Positions 35,645 through 36,934 of a stretch of 36,934 bases of DNA are shown here, one piece after another. The stretch is from Macrostomum lignano (taxonomy: Eukaryota), in the NCBI GenBank assembly GCA_002269645.1, contig NIVC01004727.1, forward strand, positions 1 to 36,934. The letters are read 5' to 3'. The number at the start of each line of letters is the position of its first letter. Position 1 is the first letter of the stretch. A program made the position numbers and the translations under genes. The notes beneath the pieces were generated by a model that searched no databases, was not told the DNA's origin, and was given only the letters and a program-made list of their open reading frames with translations.

Positions 35645-36216
35645 CCATCATAAACCCGAAATATCATAACACCGATAACCGAAATAGTGTCATGGACATT
35701 GCTAGAACTTTCTGAGTTATAATATTTCGGGTTTAGGATATTTCGGTTTGTGATATTTCGGGTTTATGATATTTCGGGTGTATGATATTTCGGGTTTTTG
35801 ATACTTCGGGTTTATGATATTTCGGGTTTATGATATTTCGGGTGTATGATATTTCGGGTTTTTGATACTTCGGGTTTATGATATTTTGGGTTTATGATAT
35901 TTCGGTTTATTATATTTCGGGTTTATGATATTTCGGTTTATTATATTTCGAGTTTATGATATTTCGGGTGTATGATATTTCGGGTGTATGATATTTCGGG
36001 TTTATGATATTTCGGGTTTATGATATTTCGGGTTTATGATATTTCGGGTTTATGATATTTCGGGTGTATGATATTTCGGGTTTTGATATTTCGGGTTTAT
36101 GATATTTTGGGTTTATGATATTTCGGTTGATTATATTTCGGGTTTATGATATTTCGTGTTTATGATATTTCGGGTGTATGATGTTTCGGGTGTATGATAT
36201 TTCGGGTTTATGATGG
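35645..36216. mobile_element. Foldback/MITE-like element: 24-bp perfect terminal inverted repeat enclosing a 16-bp tandem array (TTTATGATATTTCGGG)
   Basis: CCATCATAAACCCGAAATATCATA (35645-35668) is the exact reverse complement of 36193-36216; about 30 tandem units span 35718-36216. No TSD recognised. Confidence 0.6.
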
Positions 36217-36934
36217 AAAGCGCTTTTCGGGATTGTGATGCCCCCCCCTGAAATGGGGTTGGCCCTCTGGGATGAGAATTTCCCAAAATGAAATGTGACC
36301 ACGCGCGCGCGAATGGAACCAGGGGACAACGTAATTGTTCACCTTTGAGCTGCCGATGTTTTCCACTTTTAGCTGGTCTTTACCAAAGTTGGCATAGTAA
36401 TGTGTGCAAGACTCCCAGTGCTTGCAGAAATTTTTTCCACTTGACTGACCAGCTGACCACTTTGACCTTCTCTAGTCAACCTTCTCTGCTGCCCAAAACA
36501 AACTATGCAGGCCTACCGTGGCTTAAGTGAAAGAGGAACCTAAATATAGCCAAGATAAACGTTTTTCTTTTGCAGAAAGTATACTGTGTTGAGCTTTCGT
36601 GAGCTAATATAATTACTAAGTATAGCTTAAATAAAGATATGGACAATGCAGGAAACTTTTAAGGACTACGAGTGTACAGGAAATCTTACATCATGTATTG
36701 CAAATACTTTAACAAAAAATATAAAGTACAGATGGCAGTTTGTCAAGGATGGTCAATGCTTTAAATAGTACGTTTTTAACTTTGCTTTGAGGAACCGGAT
36801 GAAAAACCTGAACGATACTATGAAATACAAAATGGCAAAATTGTGTATTGCTGGAGCCAAACTACATTAACAAACATTAACAAAATATCTGGAATGGCAC
36901 GTTCAAGATCCGATTTGCTCATTCACGATCCGAT

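Noticed and set aside
36780-36934. Frame open to the window end (EEPDEKPERYYEIQNG..)
   Set aside because: Too short and truncated, with no motif.

Overview
Repeat-rich eukaryotic (animal) genomic DNA with GT-AG introns, GC-rich exons and AT-rich spacers. The style (introns filled with minisatellites, poly-Q/poly-A tails) suggests a free-living flatworm such as Macrostomum, but that is inference only. Six host genes are supported: an intronless LRR single-pass membrane protein (5' end outside the window, two 1-bp frameshifts); a 3-exon mannose-6-phosphate-receptor/ATG27-like gene (-); a complete 6-exon BBS8/TTC8 (+); a neuropeptide precursor with 16 copies of APFW-KR (-); a secreted WSC-domain gene (+); and a small thioredoxin-fold ORF (-). 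There are two LTR retrotransposons: a rearranged BEL/Pao element with inverted LTR-derived ends, and a decayed full-length Gypsy. A foldback-like element and about 15 tandem-repeat arrays make up much of the rest. Most long ORFs in the supplied track are translations of satellites. The best leads are the non-amidated APFW precursor, which I cannot match to a family I know, and the BEL element whose RT segment is inverted at a shared GTGTT pentamer. No prokaryotic features, rRNA, tRNA or CRISPR arrays were found.
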